A DNA stretch of 64,000 nucleotides from NCBI GenBank assembly GCA_964016885.1, contig OZ024743.1, forward strand, positions 115,506,001-115,570,000, in the 5' to 3' direction. A program made the translations under genes and the position numbers. Origin of the DNA: Eledone cirrhosa. Its lineage: Eukaryota. Below, piece after piece: positions 28,920 through 42,620 of the stretch. Under the pieces are notes generated by a model. It saw only the letters and a program-made list of their open reading frames with translations. It ran no database searches and had not been told where the DNA came from. Positions within the stretch are counted from its first letter, which is position 1; every line of letters begins with the position of its first letter.

Positions 28920-30535
28920 GTGATATTTAGCGGTGGCGTATAATACTACATATTGGCAACTGAAGTTCCTATCTTGTCGAGAGTTCAACAGATCCGTCCC
29001 AGTCATAATCTCCAACATTTCCACCACACCACGCCACACATAGATTGCAGGAACGTCTATCCTTTTGATATGGATGGGCGAATCGTAACACTGACCAAGA
29101 AAGTGTGTATTACTACCCCGTTTTATATCCCCGAATTTTTGGCTAGGGCAATGGATGGTACGTCGCTCGGGATTTTTGAATGAGTGGAGGTGCACAAACC
29201 ATTGTGTTTAAAGAAGTTGTATGTGACACACCCATAATTATATATCCTCAATTCTATTTTGACCACACATTGTTAAACGATATTTTTAATTATAAATTTT
29301 CCTATTAAAGGACATTTACTAGTTTGTCTGCATTTGCAATGTGGTCCTGAAAAATGTAAGGAGTCATGACTTTCTTCTGCTTTAGGGTGGTATTCAGGAT
29401 AGAAGAATGCTCGATTGGATTAATACGTATGTTGTTTGATCAATGTTTATGTTTGGATGTATCCATGCCCGGTATGTATGGTTGTGAAGATCAGCTGTTA
29501 GTAATCATAATAATTCATACATGACCAGATTCATATTGACCATTTTCTTATTCTCCCGCAGCCGTTTTCTTATAATTTAAGCTCATAATAATGCTACTAA
29601 GGTTCGCCGTGATAGAGTAAGACAACCAGTCTGTTTTTTTATTTAGGATCCTACGATACCTATGAGAGGAAGCAACATTTCCATCTGTTAATGTAAGGAA
29701 ACGCGTAGATATTTTGGTAGTGACTAAATCCTTATGTGGAGGATTATACTATATGTAGCAATTGGAGAGAGACCACATTGGTATTTTCTTAACTGAAGAT
29801 CTCGTTTTCGATTTCTCTTGTGCAGGATTTGGAACGGTTATTCAAAAGGTTCTCATAACATGTTATATCCGTATTGTTGCATACGAGATGTTTTTTTCCT
29901 GGTAGAGTAACAGTTTCGCTGTATGCCTGTTAGTTTAGGAATATATTAAAGTGATTCGGCCTAGCCGGCTTTGTTGAAAGCCACCTTGTAATAGTTTACA
30001 TGTACATTAAAGGTGGATTCAGAGGCGGACAGCCTGGAAAGCCTAAGAGACACATTTCCAACAATGGAGTGGATGATGCATCTTGGCTGATTCGAATAGC
30101 GATTAACATAATTCAAATTTTCGTTGTTATTATGAAAGGATTTATATCCGCAAGCTTTGCTCTATAACGGCAGCTCTAAGAAATTTGCTAATCTAAAGTT
30201 ATCTTTTAAAGTTATTTTAACGCCCATGCACCAAACAAGGTATATTATATGTTTTCCTTCTTCGTTCGAACTCTTGTCCATTGTAATTTTTGAAATGTAG
30301 AAGAGCGCCATCTCAATATATTCCGCCCTGAATGTCAAAACATTCCAGATGCAGGTTAGGCGTGAGACAGATTCCGACAAGGTGCGTCACCTAGGCCGTT
30401 GGCTTGAACCTATGTGTATGTCGAAGTTATTGTTTCTATTCCTACGCGTCCAATATTGGTTAGTAAACAAGATTACTGAGCTTAGAATATTACATAATTG
30501 TGTAGAAACATAATAAATTCGTCTTCTTGCCATCT
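28920..30535 (-). pseudogene. Old degenerate Penelope-like element (RT + GIY-YIG), largely missed by the ORF track
   Basis: Minus-strand pieces read WTRRNRNNNFDIHIGSS, VTHLVGICL, IQGGIY*DGALF, RLSRLSASESTFNVHVNYYKVAFNKAG, CKCRQTSKCPLIG, HSFKNP, CNLC and LLNSRQ, collinear with the PLE at 13253. Confidence 0.85.
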
Positions 30536-32585
30536 AACTTCTTGTGATCAAGTATATTTTATTATACATATTTCAGAGATACTGACCTAACTTCAACAGT
30601 ACGTCCTCATCAGATAAAATAAGATGATGCATGACATACCCTGACTTAGTAGATGGTTAAGATCCAGTCATGGTAGTGAGTAAGATATGACAAAACTCAA
30701 TATTAAAACTTAAGATTGATACATGAAAAAACTTACATATAATACATATAATACAGAGGGTGTGTGTAAGAAAGCTTAAAAATACATGACAGTAATTTAC
30801 ATAACTGTTAGAGATTCAAATAATTATTGAAGAAAGAGGAAAGAAAAAAAGAAAGACAGAGAGAAAATAGATAAGGGGAAAATATAGCTAGTAGAGGTAT
30901 AGAGAGCAAAAGAGAATTGATCAAGGAAAGGGAGACAAAGAGGAATAATTATAATTATAGGGAGGGATGAATTATATATATCTATACATAACTATACATT
31001 TTGGGCATAGCCATGCGATAGAGTAAACTCGAATCTTTGTATTATTGAATTATCTAGAAATATTCATCAAACTAAATCCTAAATATAACTGGGTGTAATT
31101 AATAAAGGTTAATTTCCTTAGTTAATTAGTTATATATACTATCCAAACGTATCCGGTTGACCGTTAACTTTCAAATCATTTAAGTTAGTTCAGAGTAATG
31201 AATTAATCAAAGTGTATCATATTTCAGGCTATAAAAGTTTATTAATATTAAATTAATATTATCTGTATTAATATTAAAGTATACTATCATATTTAATTTA
31301 TAAAATCATATTTTATGAATTCATATTTAAACTATTTGCAAACATGAGAAAGAAGACATGCTATTTTTCATCCTCGCGAAGGTAATTCTTATTAATTTTA
31401 TTATAATATATTTAATTATTTATATTATATTGAAGATAATTCACATTATATAATTTATAAAATAATTACAGTTATAATTTTTAAAATCAAGATTAACAAT
31501 TAGAATGCCTTAACGCCTTATAATTAAACTTTAAAAAGTTTATTATTAAATTAGATATATGCATTTGTCTAAATATAAACAAAGATTACGTTGTCTAAAG
31601 ATTAAGATGATACCTATCAGTTATAAATAACATAATATAATGCAATAAATAAGTTACTGATAATATTGTTAAAAATTAAGGTTTTAGATCAATTATTATA
31701 ATAAGGTCATGTAACACATATGTACTATAATTATACAAGCCAAATTTCGTGAATCATATGGATAAGAATCTGATTCAAAGTAAAAATGTGAATTGTCTGC
31801 GATCTTAAATTTTTTTATAAATTTATATAGTAGTATAATGTGTCTGCAAACATGAGAAAGAGAAAGCCTAAGAATTTCATTGACCCGAAGGTAACCCAAA
31901 TTTAATTAAATTAAATAAAATAATAATCGTTACATAACTTAGAAAATTTAGAAAATATTTAGAAAATATTTAACGATTATAACACTAGAAAGTCATTAAA
32001 GTATTTAAAATACTTATAAATGTAACTAGAAGCATGTGATTATACTAGGTATACAGATTTGTTCAAATATAAATAGAGTATTCCAGATATTAGTGATCGA
32101 TATACATATAATAAATAATTAGTACAATCATTGTTAGTAATGCTATAATTGAAGTTTTACATCAAGTTAAGTGGAAAAAGGTTTGTCGAGTATTATGGTG
32201 TGTGACGCACATACCGTAAATATATATAAATAAAAATATATAAATCAAACTTCCTGAATCGTAAAACATACTCCAAATGAATAAATATACAAAAACATAA
32301 ACGCATGAATGATTTACGGTACATTATCACTGTTAAGCTTATAAGCCATATATTTAAAAAAATATACAAGAATCCCAGTCAAAAATTAAATATATCTTAA
32401 CAATCAAAAGATATGCACATTCCTCAAGAGATCATGTTAACAAATAATATGTTTCTATACCCTTTAATCTAACATTAATCATATCATAAAAGAATAAAAA
32501 ATAAAAATTATTAAAGTTTTATAATCTGTTATAACGTTTTAGGTACACAGTTGATAAGAGACGTCAACAATTAGAACCTGTTTAT

Positions 32586-33660
32586 TTAGTCTTTTTTCCT
32601 GACATTTTGCGAGGCTTGGAATGTAGACAAAGCTTTATGAAGGCAGTTTGAGAATAATTCACTCTTTTTGTTAATTAAATTTTCATAATTACTAATGATT
32701 AAAAGGCTCTCCATGGTACAGAGGTTGCAGTTAGGTGATATTGAAGAATTCAAATAAATTCTACTATTACACAACTTTGCCCAAGAAATCGAGTATTTTA
32801 AGTTTTTTGTATTTAATGACCATACAAGTTGTGATAAAGAAGTCGAAGATTTCCTATTAGGATTCGAAAAAGAGCATTTGAGATTCGCAAATCTTGATTT
32901 AAATGTCGAAGAAGTTGCACCTATATAGTTGTATGTGAAGTTATTTGCTTTTACGGTGCATTTATATACCAGATTGCTATCCAGACAGTTATTTTGCAGA
33001 GGGCAATCTGGTCTATTTCTACAATTACACTTCGATTTATTGTTATTACTATAACTTGTACTATTTACATTAACATCATTAGTACTCCGAAATGTTCTAT
33101 TGATTGTGATGTTATTGTTATTTCTAGTATTAATATTGCCAGTGTTATTATATTCATTATCGTTTAATGTATGTTGATATAGAATTCTACTATTTATTTT
33201 AGCGATGTTCTGGGCCATATTCATAGTTGTAGAATAAGAAAGCTTAATTGTGTGTCTGTTAAATATGGAACGGTATTTATGTTGAATGGGGAAGGATTTA
33301 TCTAAAGCTTTAAAGAATAGATTTGCAAGTGGAGCTTTTATCGCTATAGAAGCCGGGGGCAAACCATATAACTGATTTAGTTCTGATTTGTTTCCCGATA
33401 TATTTACGGTAGTGGTGTTTGTATTAAAACTTTTAGCATCTCGTTTATACATGTTAATCTTATTAGGATTATAATTCAATTATTATTATCCCTATATTCT
33501 ATATTATTTTTATAACCTGCCTTTCGTAGCACGTCATTATAATATCCTGCTTTTTCTTCAAATATGGATTTATTAGCGGATATTCTAGTTATGCGTTTCT
33601 GTACACTATTGACTATTGCGTTTTTCACAGATTTACAGTGATTAGAGTAATAATAATAAT
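32586..33660 (-). pseudogene. PLE ORF C-terminal part: RT thumb, linker and GIY-YIG endonuclease (open 33479-32586)
   Basis: FPIQHKYRSIFNRHTIKLSYS, CNCRNRPDCPLQNNCL, LVYKC..YIGATSSTFKSRF, STSLSQLVWSL, ISW, CNLCTME, LINKKSELFSNCLH. Confidence 0.9.
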
Positions 33661-34755
33661 GTATATGTATAGTATATATGTGTTACATGACCTTATTATA
33701 ATAATTGATCTGAAACCTTAATTTTTAATAATATTATCAGTAACTTATTTATTGTATTATATTATATTATATATAACTGATAGGTATCATCTTAATCTTT
33801 AGACAATATAATCTTTGTTTATATTTAGACAAATGCATATATCTAATTTAATAATAAACATTTTTAAGTTTAATTATAAGGTCTTTTGATGCTTTAAGGC
33901 ATTCTAATTGTTAATCTTGATTTTAAAAATTATAACTGTAATTATTTTATAAATTATATAATGTGAATTATCTTCAATATAATATAAATAATTAAATATA
34001 TTATAATAAAATTAATAAGAATTACCTTCGCGAGGATGAAAAATAGCATGTCTTCTTTCTCATGTTTGCAAATAGTTTAAATATGAATTCATAAAATATG
34101 ATTTAATAAATTAAATATGATAGTATACTTTAATATTAATACAGATATTTATAAACTTTTATAGCCTGAAATATTATACACTTTTCATTACTCTGAACTG
34201 ACTTAAATGATTTGAAAGTTAACGGTCAACCGGATACGTTTGGATAGTATATATAACTAATTAACTAAGGAAATTAACCTTTATTAATTACACCCAGTTA
34301 TATTTAGGATTTAGATTGATGAATATTTCTAGATAATTCAATAATACAAAGATTCGAGTTTACTCTATCGCATGGCTATTCCCAGACGTATAGTTATGTA
34401 TAGATATATATAATTCATCCCTCCCTATAATTATAATTATTCCTCTTTGTCTCCCTTTCCTTGATCAATTATCTTTTGCTCTCTATACCTCTACTAGCTA
34501 TATTTTCCCCACATCTGTTTTTTCTCTGTTTTTCTTTTTTTCTTTCCTTTTTCTTCAATAATTATTTGAATCTCTAACAGTTATGTAAATTACTGTTATG
34601 TATTTTTAAGCTTTCTTACACGCACCCTCTGTATTATATGTAAGTTTTTTCATGTATCAATATTAAGTTTTAATATTGAGTTTTGTCATATCTTACTCAC
34701 TACCATTACTGGATCTTAACCATCTACTATGTCAGGGTATGTCATGCATCATCTC

Positions 34756-34820
34756 ATTTTATCTGATGAGGACATACTGTTAAAGTTAGCTCAGTACCTC
34801 TGAAATATGTATAATAAAAT
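34756..34820 (+). ncRNA. Type I hammerhead ribozyme fold; mirror copy at 30556-30620 on the minus strand
   Basis: ATTTTAT-CTGATGA-GGAC.TACTG...CAGTA..TCT-GAAA-TATGTA-TA|ATAAAAT, with a 7-bp stem I. Confidence 0.75.
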
Positions 34821-35412
34821 ATACTTGATCACATGAAGTTCTTTTTGTGTTAATATTTTGAATTAATATTAATAACTTCGGAAAACCAAATACTGTTGAG
34901 TGCTTCTAATCTATTGTAAAACTAATTCTTTGATTTATTCATTGAACCTTGTTTAACCTTTAAATATATATGTATATATATATATATATATACAGTGAGA
35001 AAGAAGAGAGAGAGAGTGATAGCGTGTCATATATTGAAGTACATGCAATATGTTTGTGCATGCCTTGCTCTGTATATTTTAGGATTTGATCATTTCAGTC
35101 TACCCATGTAATCATGTGAAGAAGCCAAACATTCGTATTACTGGATCCTTATACATTTTCAATGACTTTTACTCACTCGGTAATGATACATCTTTTAGGA
35201 AGTTTAAAAAATAATACATTTTGTGAGATTTCATCTTGGCATAGACATAAAAATAAATTTAGTTTACCATACTCTAACAGTTTACCAACAAACACACTCC
35301 AATTAATTCGGTTATATAATCATCTGTACTTCAGTACATATGATTATTTAACAGTATTTTATCGACATTGGATTGAAAAAAAATTTGAACTTTACATTAT
35401 TTGAACTCGAAA

Positions 35413-35597
35413 GGGCGGTGAATTGGCAGTATCGGTAGAGGGTTGGATAATGCTTTCCAGCATAGTTACGTCCCTTTACGATCTGAGTTCAATTCCCGCC
35501 GAGGTTAACTTTGCCTTTCATCCTTACGGGGTCGATAAAATAAAGTACCAGTAATGTGCTGGGATAATTGCTGGCCTTGTGCCAAAAAGTAGAAACA
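35413..35597 (+). mobile_element. SINE family A with TSD
   Basis: ATTATTTGAACTC flanks both sides. Confidence 0.9.
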
Positions 35598-35657
35598 ATT
35601 ATTTGAACTCCAAACGTAAATGAACGTAACTAGGCACGTTTCTATCGCATACGGTAT

Positions 35658-35696
<39 letters not shown>

Positions 35697-37279
35697 CATA
35701 ACTTCAAAGGCATATATATATAACTTTATATATATATATATAACTTCAAAGCATGGTCACAACACATGTTGCCTACAGTTGTCATGAAATATTTAACATA
35801 ATAGAATTTGTAGTTGAGTTCATAGCTGGTGTTTTGACTTTGCCATTAACTAAAACAATGACAGGAAATCTTTGATCGTTTTAATTCAATGGCTGTATAT
35901 ATATTCTATTATATTTTTAACGTAAGGCAATGCAGAAACATTACAAGTGAAATAACTTGCCGATTAACCCTGTCTGTGATTCGGGAAAAGTAACATTAAT
36001 AACAAAATTATGCAAACATCAGAAGGTTACATAATATAGAATTTGCACACAATCACAGACAATTGATGGGGAAGTATATTCGAGTGTATTTTATTTCTAA
36101 TATTGCCACAGTTTCAAACATTTTGGAGGAGGAAACACTTGATTATATGGACCGCAATATGTGACTGGTACATCGTTTTATCTACACTAGAAGGATGAAG
36201 AATAGGGATACATCTCATCAATGACGACTTAGAATTAATAAAATATACGATTATGATGATACAAAGTTATAATGTTCCAGAATAATAGTTGTAAATGACT
36301 TCATATGAACATTAAGAAAATCATTGTTGTAATACAAATTTAACTATTCTCGAACAATTCATATGCTAACAGTAAGATCATTCTGAGAAATGTGTAATGT
36401 AATTGTTATTTGCACAAATGTGATTAAGTTAGTCGGTAGCAGCAGTATATATTCTCACTATACATTACAGTTCAGTTACAGCTTAATCTTATTTGTTTAG
36501 AAAAAGAATTAAAAATGGTGAGCAGAAGTAGCTTATAGAAATCTTTACTCGATCTTTATAGCAATTGACTATAATTGATTCAGCTCCTTAATCTAGACAA
36601 TAATATGTTGCTAGATGTCCCTTAGTTCAATGCTGAGAGCACTCTGACAGTATCTGAGAAATACGAAGTTCGAACCCTCTTAGCAGCGGGTGCAAACATA
36701 TTTTTCTAGCTCTAAGTGTGTTTACTCGATTTATATAAGTTATTTATTTTATAGCAAATACCTGTAATTGCACTTATTTGTTGACGTTTGATCATCCTAC
36801 ATCTATACATTTATCATTTTTGGCTATTTAAGACGTTTAATATAATATAGACCTTGAACAAACAGAAAACCATGAAATAAGTGCAAACATCAAGTAAATT
36901 ATGTGGGTGATATGAATGATGGAATAGTTGAAAGATTTGGCTAAGCATCGCTCTAGCCAAATGATTCAAATCAGTCAAACAAGTCTAAAACATACACAAT
37001 ATAACACGACGAAAATTAGAATGAATGAATGAATGATTAATAAGAAGAGAGATAGTTAGAAAAAGAGATTGACATTATGATCAACAGAAACACAGAGGGA
37101 AGAAAGTATATAGAGAGATTAACAAAACGTCAATTCTCCTTTCTCAAGATGTACCGATTTAAAGTGTTAAATGTAAGTTATTTCAAGCACAAACAATGGC
37201 GTAACCAGAATTATTGTAAGCTTCAAGTGAATGATAAATATATATAAAGATAATCACAAGAGACACAAAAACAACCACC

Positions 37280-37325
<46 letters not shown>

Positions 37326-37375
37326 TCACGTAATATACACATATATGCACGTACGCAATCACATGTTTCATAATA

Positions 37376-37454
<79 letters not shown>

Positions 37455-37575
37455 CATACATATATATATACATACATACATATATATATATGATTCTTTT
37501 TATTATTTTTTTTTTTTTTAGTCCAGAATTAGCCGTCGAAACGGCTTGAGCTGAGCCGTCGGGGTCTTACTGGTT

Positions 37576-37617
<42 letters not shown>

Positions 37618-38229
37618 TCATATGTGATACAGGTGATTGTGTAGGTGCATATATATGTATATTACGGGATTGGATATATAGGTGTGTGTGAGGATGTGCG
37701 CTTGTATCTTTGACTTCTTGTCTGTAACAGCTCGAAACGTTTGGCACCATTCAGCGGTGATGTTATCTATCTATTTTGAAGATAAACCAATAACGCAATC
37801 AAAGCAATCAATATATACAGACACACTCATATATATATATATATGCTTATGTGTGTGTATGTATTTTTTATATATATACATACATATTTGTATGTATATA
37901 TATATATATAAATATATATATATTGTACGGTGTATGTCAGTTCTTAGTATTGACAGCTACATACGCCGTACAATATTTATCATATACTATCCATCATACA
38001 ACACAATTCAGTTGGCTTTGATGTGTGAAAAGTTACCACAAATTTTTACATTTATACTGTTTCAGTATAAACAAAACCATGTCCAATATTATAAAGACGA
38101 CTCAATAGAGTGTAGTATAATATGTTATATTTAGTGTTTTGAATGATCGCCAAATAATGTGACGGCTTTATACGTTCTCCTCTATACATTCTTTGAAATA
38201 TAGGCATGAAATATATTTAATTAGAGAAT

Positions 38230-39330
38230 GTATCATATTTGGCACATTCGCCATGCTTTGTTTTTCCAATTACCCTCCCATGAACATCATATTTCAGTGT
38301 GTACTGTCATTCAAACACAATTCGTAAGCATTGTACGTGTACGTTCCTTTGCGTGTATCGACATATCCCAAACTATTGTTCCTTTGTCATTCTCTGAAAC
38401 ATTTTGTAGTGTATTTTCCTACTACCTTTTTGCTGTTGGTATTTTATAGTCTTGGCAAAACTACCAGTGTATGTAACTCTCAACGCTATCAAGTCTGTGA
38501 ATATATTCTTTCCAGGCTATAACCGGACGACTATAGATAATGTAGTTAACTGATCCTTCCCCATCATCACATATTCTGCAGCTAGCTAACGAGTTATGAT
38601 TCACTCCGTATTTATTAGTGATTTATGTTGTGCAGTATTTGATCCCGGCTGTTATTACACTGTTTCTTAACCAGTTGTATGAAGTTGAATTTCCATTTCT
38701 TACATAATCAGTTTTTTGGGGTTAATGACTACATAGGTGTGTGTCTGCCCATCGTTTCAGGAAATATGTTTTCAATTTGGAATATATCTCTTTCGCTGTT
38801 TCTCTTGCTCAATCATCTGTTAAACCAGCTTCTGTTTTGCATGTGATTGCTTCTTTGAAGATAGAAAACAATTCTCATTTTTGTTCGTTTCATGGCTTTT
38901 TCATTAGATATTTTTGTAGTCTTTCGTTTGTTATTTTATACTAGTTTTCTGGTTGCATAATACATCTTACTCCCTGTATTCTTGGTAGGTATAATCTTTC
39001 TACGTCTGATTTTAGGTGTAGTATTATAAATGCAGTCATAATTTTATCTTCCTTGAGTGCCTTGAACAACTGGTTCATTTAGTGTTCTGTTCAGAATGTT
39101 AAAACTGTAGCTCATTCCTAGGATCGTTAAAATATTGATGCATATCATGTATTCTTCACATTTACTTATATTTTAAGTAGCAATTAATTATCCCTATAGC
39201 ATTTCTTTCTAAACGTTTTCATTTCATCGGTGTGCGTTGCGACCCATCTATTTCATTCATTCCTAACTATTTGTATATATTCTCTAATTCCCATATATCA
39301 GTTACTTTATCTAGCGTGATAGAGATTTTC
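38230..39330 (-). mobile_element. R4/Dong-like non-LTR retrotransposon fragment
   Basis: Minus strand gives YSFNIL, LHLKSDVERLYLPRIQG, SYNWL and CRIC...KEYIHRLDSVESYIHW. Heavily degenerate. Confidence 0.75.
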
Positions 39331-39524
39331 ACTAATTTTCTGGATGTCTGAGGTTTTGTCAATTTAGTGTGTGAGACTCTTTTTTAGTTTTGATGCTTTC
39401 CTATACTTGTTTAGGGGCTGTGTTTGATGTACTATTCCTATGTGTAGTCATTATCTTGCTGCCTGCAACACACTCCTTCACCATTACTTTTCCAGGTTTT
39501 TTACTTTTGGGGCTACAGTATTTT

Positions 39525-40070
39525 TCCTTCTCAATTAATATATCTGGTCTGTCGTGTTCAATTTTCATCTCCATCTGATATGGAAAGTCTCATAAGAGAT
39601 TTATCTTATCGTTCTCTACCACTCACATCATTTGTGACACCATGCTCATAGTTTTGTCTGCATATGGAAATCCAGAACTGTTACACAAGCTCAAGTGCAA
39701 CATGGTATCCATCATATCATGTCTGCCTTTTTTGAAATCAACCTGGTATAACTGCTTATGCTTTCAAACGATTTGGGTAACTGTCTCCCCACAAATTCTG
39801 CATTCAGATTGGGCATCTTTCTTGCCTAGGTTTTTCCTTACCAACATTCTTCTTAAGACTTAATATTGCACTGTTAATATAAATCCTTTCGTTTCTTTCT
39901 TAATGCAGATTTTCCGTATCTATAACCAAATAATTTTGTTATCACACACGTTTCCTTTTTTCCTTCAGGAATGCTGAATGTTAGGGCCTTTCATCCATCA
40001 AATGTATTTTTACGTTCCTCAGCAACCAAAGTCTTTGTTGTTTTTGGTCTCCATTTTTCTTAAGTCTGCT
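39525..40070 (-). mobile_element. Second R4/Dong-like fragment (zinc knuckle + RLE start)
   Basis: KETKGFILTVQ, CRICGETVTQIV, GRHD, VVENDKINLL*DF, IEHDRPDI. Confidence 0.8.
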
Positions 40071-42470
40071 TTCCCTGAAAATTATTATTATTATCATTAT
40101 TAATATTCAGTTCAAATCTTACCGAATTCAGCTACGCTTTTTCTCCTTCCGGCGTCGATAATATAATGCACTAGACACATTTTGGGCCTGATATAATCGA
40201 TTTCCACCCCTCCAAACTTGCGGGCATTGTGCCTAAATTAGAAACAGTTGTAATTATTATTTATGTTGTTATTCTTGTTGTTTTAATATCTTATTATTCA
40301 TTGAAAATTGCGCTACTATTTATAGCCTAGATTACGAGAGTGATAGGTTCTTAATCCCGATGTAATTCCACAGACCATCGAATTATTATGATATATAATT
40401 TCATGGTGATTTTCCAGCATAGATTGATCGAATATTCTTATCACAATTTATTTTTCAGGCAAAATATTCCATTTTCTGTTAGAAACATCTTCATTAAAAA
40501 AAACAGTTGTACTTTGTGCATATTATACATGGTAGTATAATATGCATTGCATATTTTTACATTGCGGTATCTTCAAAATGACAGTATCATAAATATAAAC
40601 ATAATCCTCCATGTCTCTATTGGTTTGAGGTAACTAAATTATCCATCCAATACTTTACAGATTTTAAAGCTAGCGATTTTGTGATGTTATATATAAATAG
40701 GTTGATGTTTGTCATATATAAACATGTTTAGATAGGAATGTATTTATGTATGAGTGTGTGTGTGAACGTGTGTGTATTTGTTTGTATTTGTATGTTTGTT
40801 TCTTTTCATTATTCATGGAGAATATGTGCTTCAATTTCGAAGAGCAGATGGTGAATTATCTTTGTTTTTTGCAATTGTTCGAACATTATTTATTGACTTT
40901 CAGTAATTACGCAAGTTTTATTGTTGTATATGTTTTATTTCGTACTCTTCGCATATCCTCCTAGAAATTTTAGACTTTTATTTATCCTTTCTTTTGTGTT
41001 TGTTTGGCTGATTGTTAGGCTACTTGTTTTGTTTTATTTTATTTTTTTGTTATAATCCATCATAATCTGTTCTTTAGTTTGTTAACATACTTGCATATTA
41101 GCCAAAGTTATTTATTCATTGTCTGATTTTCCTCTCCTCGGTGTATAATTTCTTGAATTTACCTAAGGATTTCCTCGTAAAATAGTAATGTATTAAACCG
41201 CTATATCAGTTTTTATGATAAACACTTTTACATTTAATTTAATATTTGCCATTTCGTTTGTGTGCAGACATTCACCTTAAACCATCGAAGATTCCAGCTT
41301 CCAAATGTTTGAATATACAGCAATAACGCCTTTTACTGAGCATGCAACCTTATTAATGAATTTACTTGCATCATAAAGGTAATATTCCAAACACCCAGTC
41401 TTTCCATTATCCTTAACATTAGAATCCTCTTGTTATGTCTCCTAACATCCAATGACTTCAGTGAGCAATCTCTAAATAAGATAATGTTGCTGACGAAACA
41501 AAGTGTTTTAAAATGATGTTTAGCCTAACATCAATAACACAACCTCTAAAATGCTGGACATTTTCCATCATTTTCGATAATCTCTAAGGAATATTTGAAA
41601 ATCTAAAATCTTCATATTTCAGCCAAGGAAAATACAGAAAAAGGGTCCGGAAATGTAAAATTATGCTATCGTGGAATATATTACAGTCTGATTATCCCAC
41701 CTTCTTTTCATCATACCTTTAGTACTGAGTAATTCGAGGTAGATATAAATGCGATTTATTGCAGACCGATATTCATGCACAGTACCTTTTGATTTCCTGT
41801 TTATTATTGGTTGCGTTTGAATCAGCGACATTATATTCGGATCGGCTAAATTTTATATATCATGCATTTCTATATATCAGACGACATAACTATATGATTG
41901 TAATAAGCAAGTTTATTGTTAAGCATATTACTATATACTGATAGTTCTTATAAAGAAGTTAGCGATAACATATATATTTATTGTATGACATAATAATATC
42001 GCCTGTTGAATATAAACGTGATTATAATTAATTAAGGTTATAATTGATTAATATTGCTTTAATCATCAAAAGGCCATAGCTAGGGGCAATGTGGTTTCCT
42101 CGGTGATATGAATACATAACGTACAGTTATTTTACATATGTCCAATTTATATAATTTAATTTATATAAATTCCGTAGATATATGCTTATTACATAGTATG
42201 TTATAGCATCAAAATCAAACAATGCTAAATTATCAAACATTCATCAACAAAACTATCTCCGAAAATGTATGCAGGTATGGATGGATGGATGGATTTGTAA
42301 ATCCTGACAGCGTCGAAGGTTCACCACTGTGATATCCAACGAATTTGGGGCATTTTAAACCTGGCCTCGCCCATCTTTCTCTAGGTTTGGGTTCAAGCGG
42401 TTTTTACAATCGACTAATATATAATACCCTTGTATATATTTCCAGTACACACTAGAGATTCCCGGGGAAC

Positions 42471-42620
42471 GAAGAGGTAATTATGTCGACTGAAGAAGGA
42501 AGAGGTGATGACAAACTGAGGAAAGAAGGAGTGATAAGGACGACTGAGGAAGGAACTGGTGATAACGTCGTCTGAGGAAGGAAGGGGAGATAATGTCGAC
42601 CAAGGAAGGAAGGGTGGCAG
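42471..42620. repeat. ~28-bp purine-rich minisatellite (~5 units)
   Basis: Consensus approximately GAAGGGGTGATAATGTCGACTGAGGAAG. Confidence 0.8.

Larger units (their letters stand above)
30536..34962 (-). mobile_element. 5'-truncated Penelope-like element with ~1.2-kb inverted repeats
   Basis: Arms ~30536-31735 and ~33665-34840. A ~120-bp tail leads to (TA)n at ~34965. The arms enclose an endonuclease ORF. Confidence 0.9.

Noticed and set aside
32586-33479. Selenocysteine-encoding PLE (reported for some Naiad elements)
   Set aside because: There is no in-frame TGA at the Cys positions, and no convincing SECIS was seen by eye.
36615-36690. tRNA gene
   Set aside because: A- and B-box-like motifs are present but the cloverleaf is poor. 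At most it is a decayed SINE head.
42471-42620. Regularly spaced repeats, possibly CRISPR-like, containing CTGAGGA motifs
   Set aside because: There are no unique spacers and no cas genes, the context is eukaryotic, and no GAAA or stems complete a hammerhead. It is a minisatellite.
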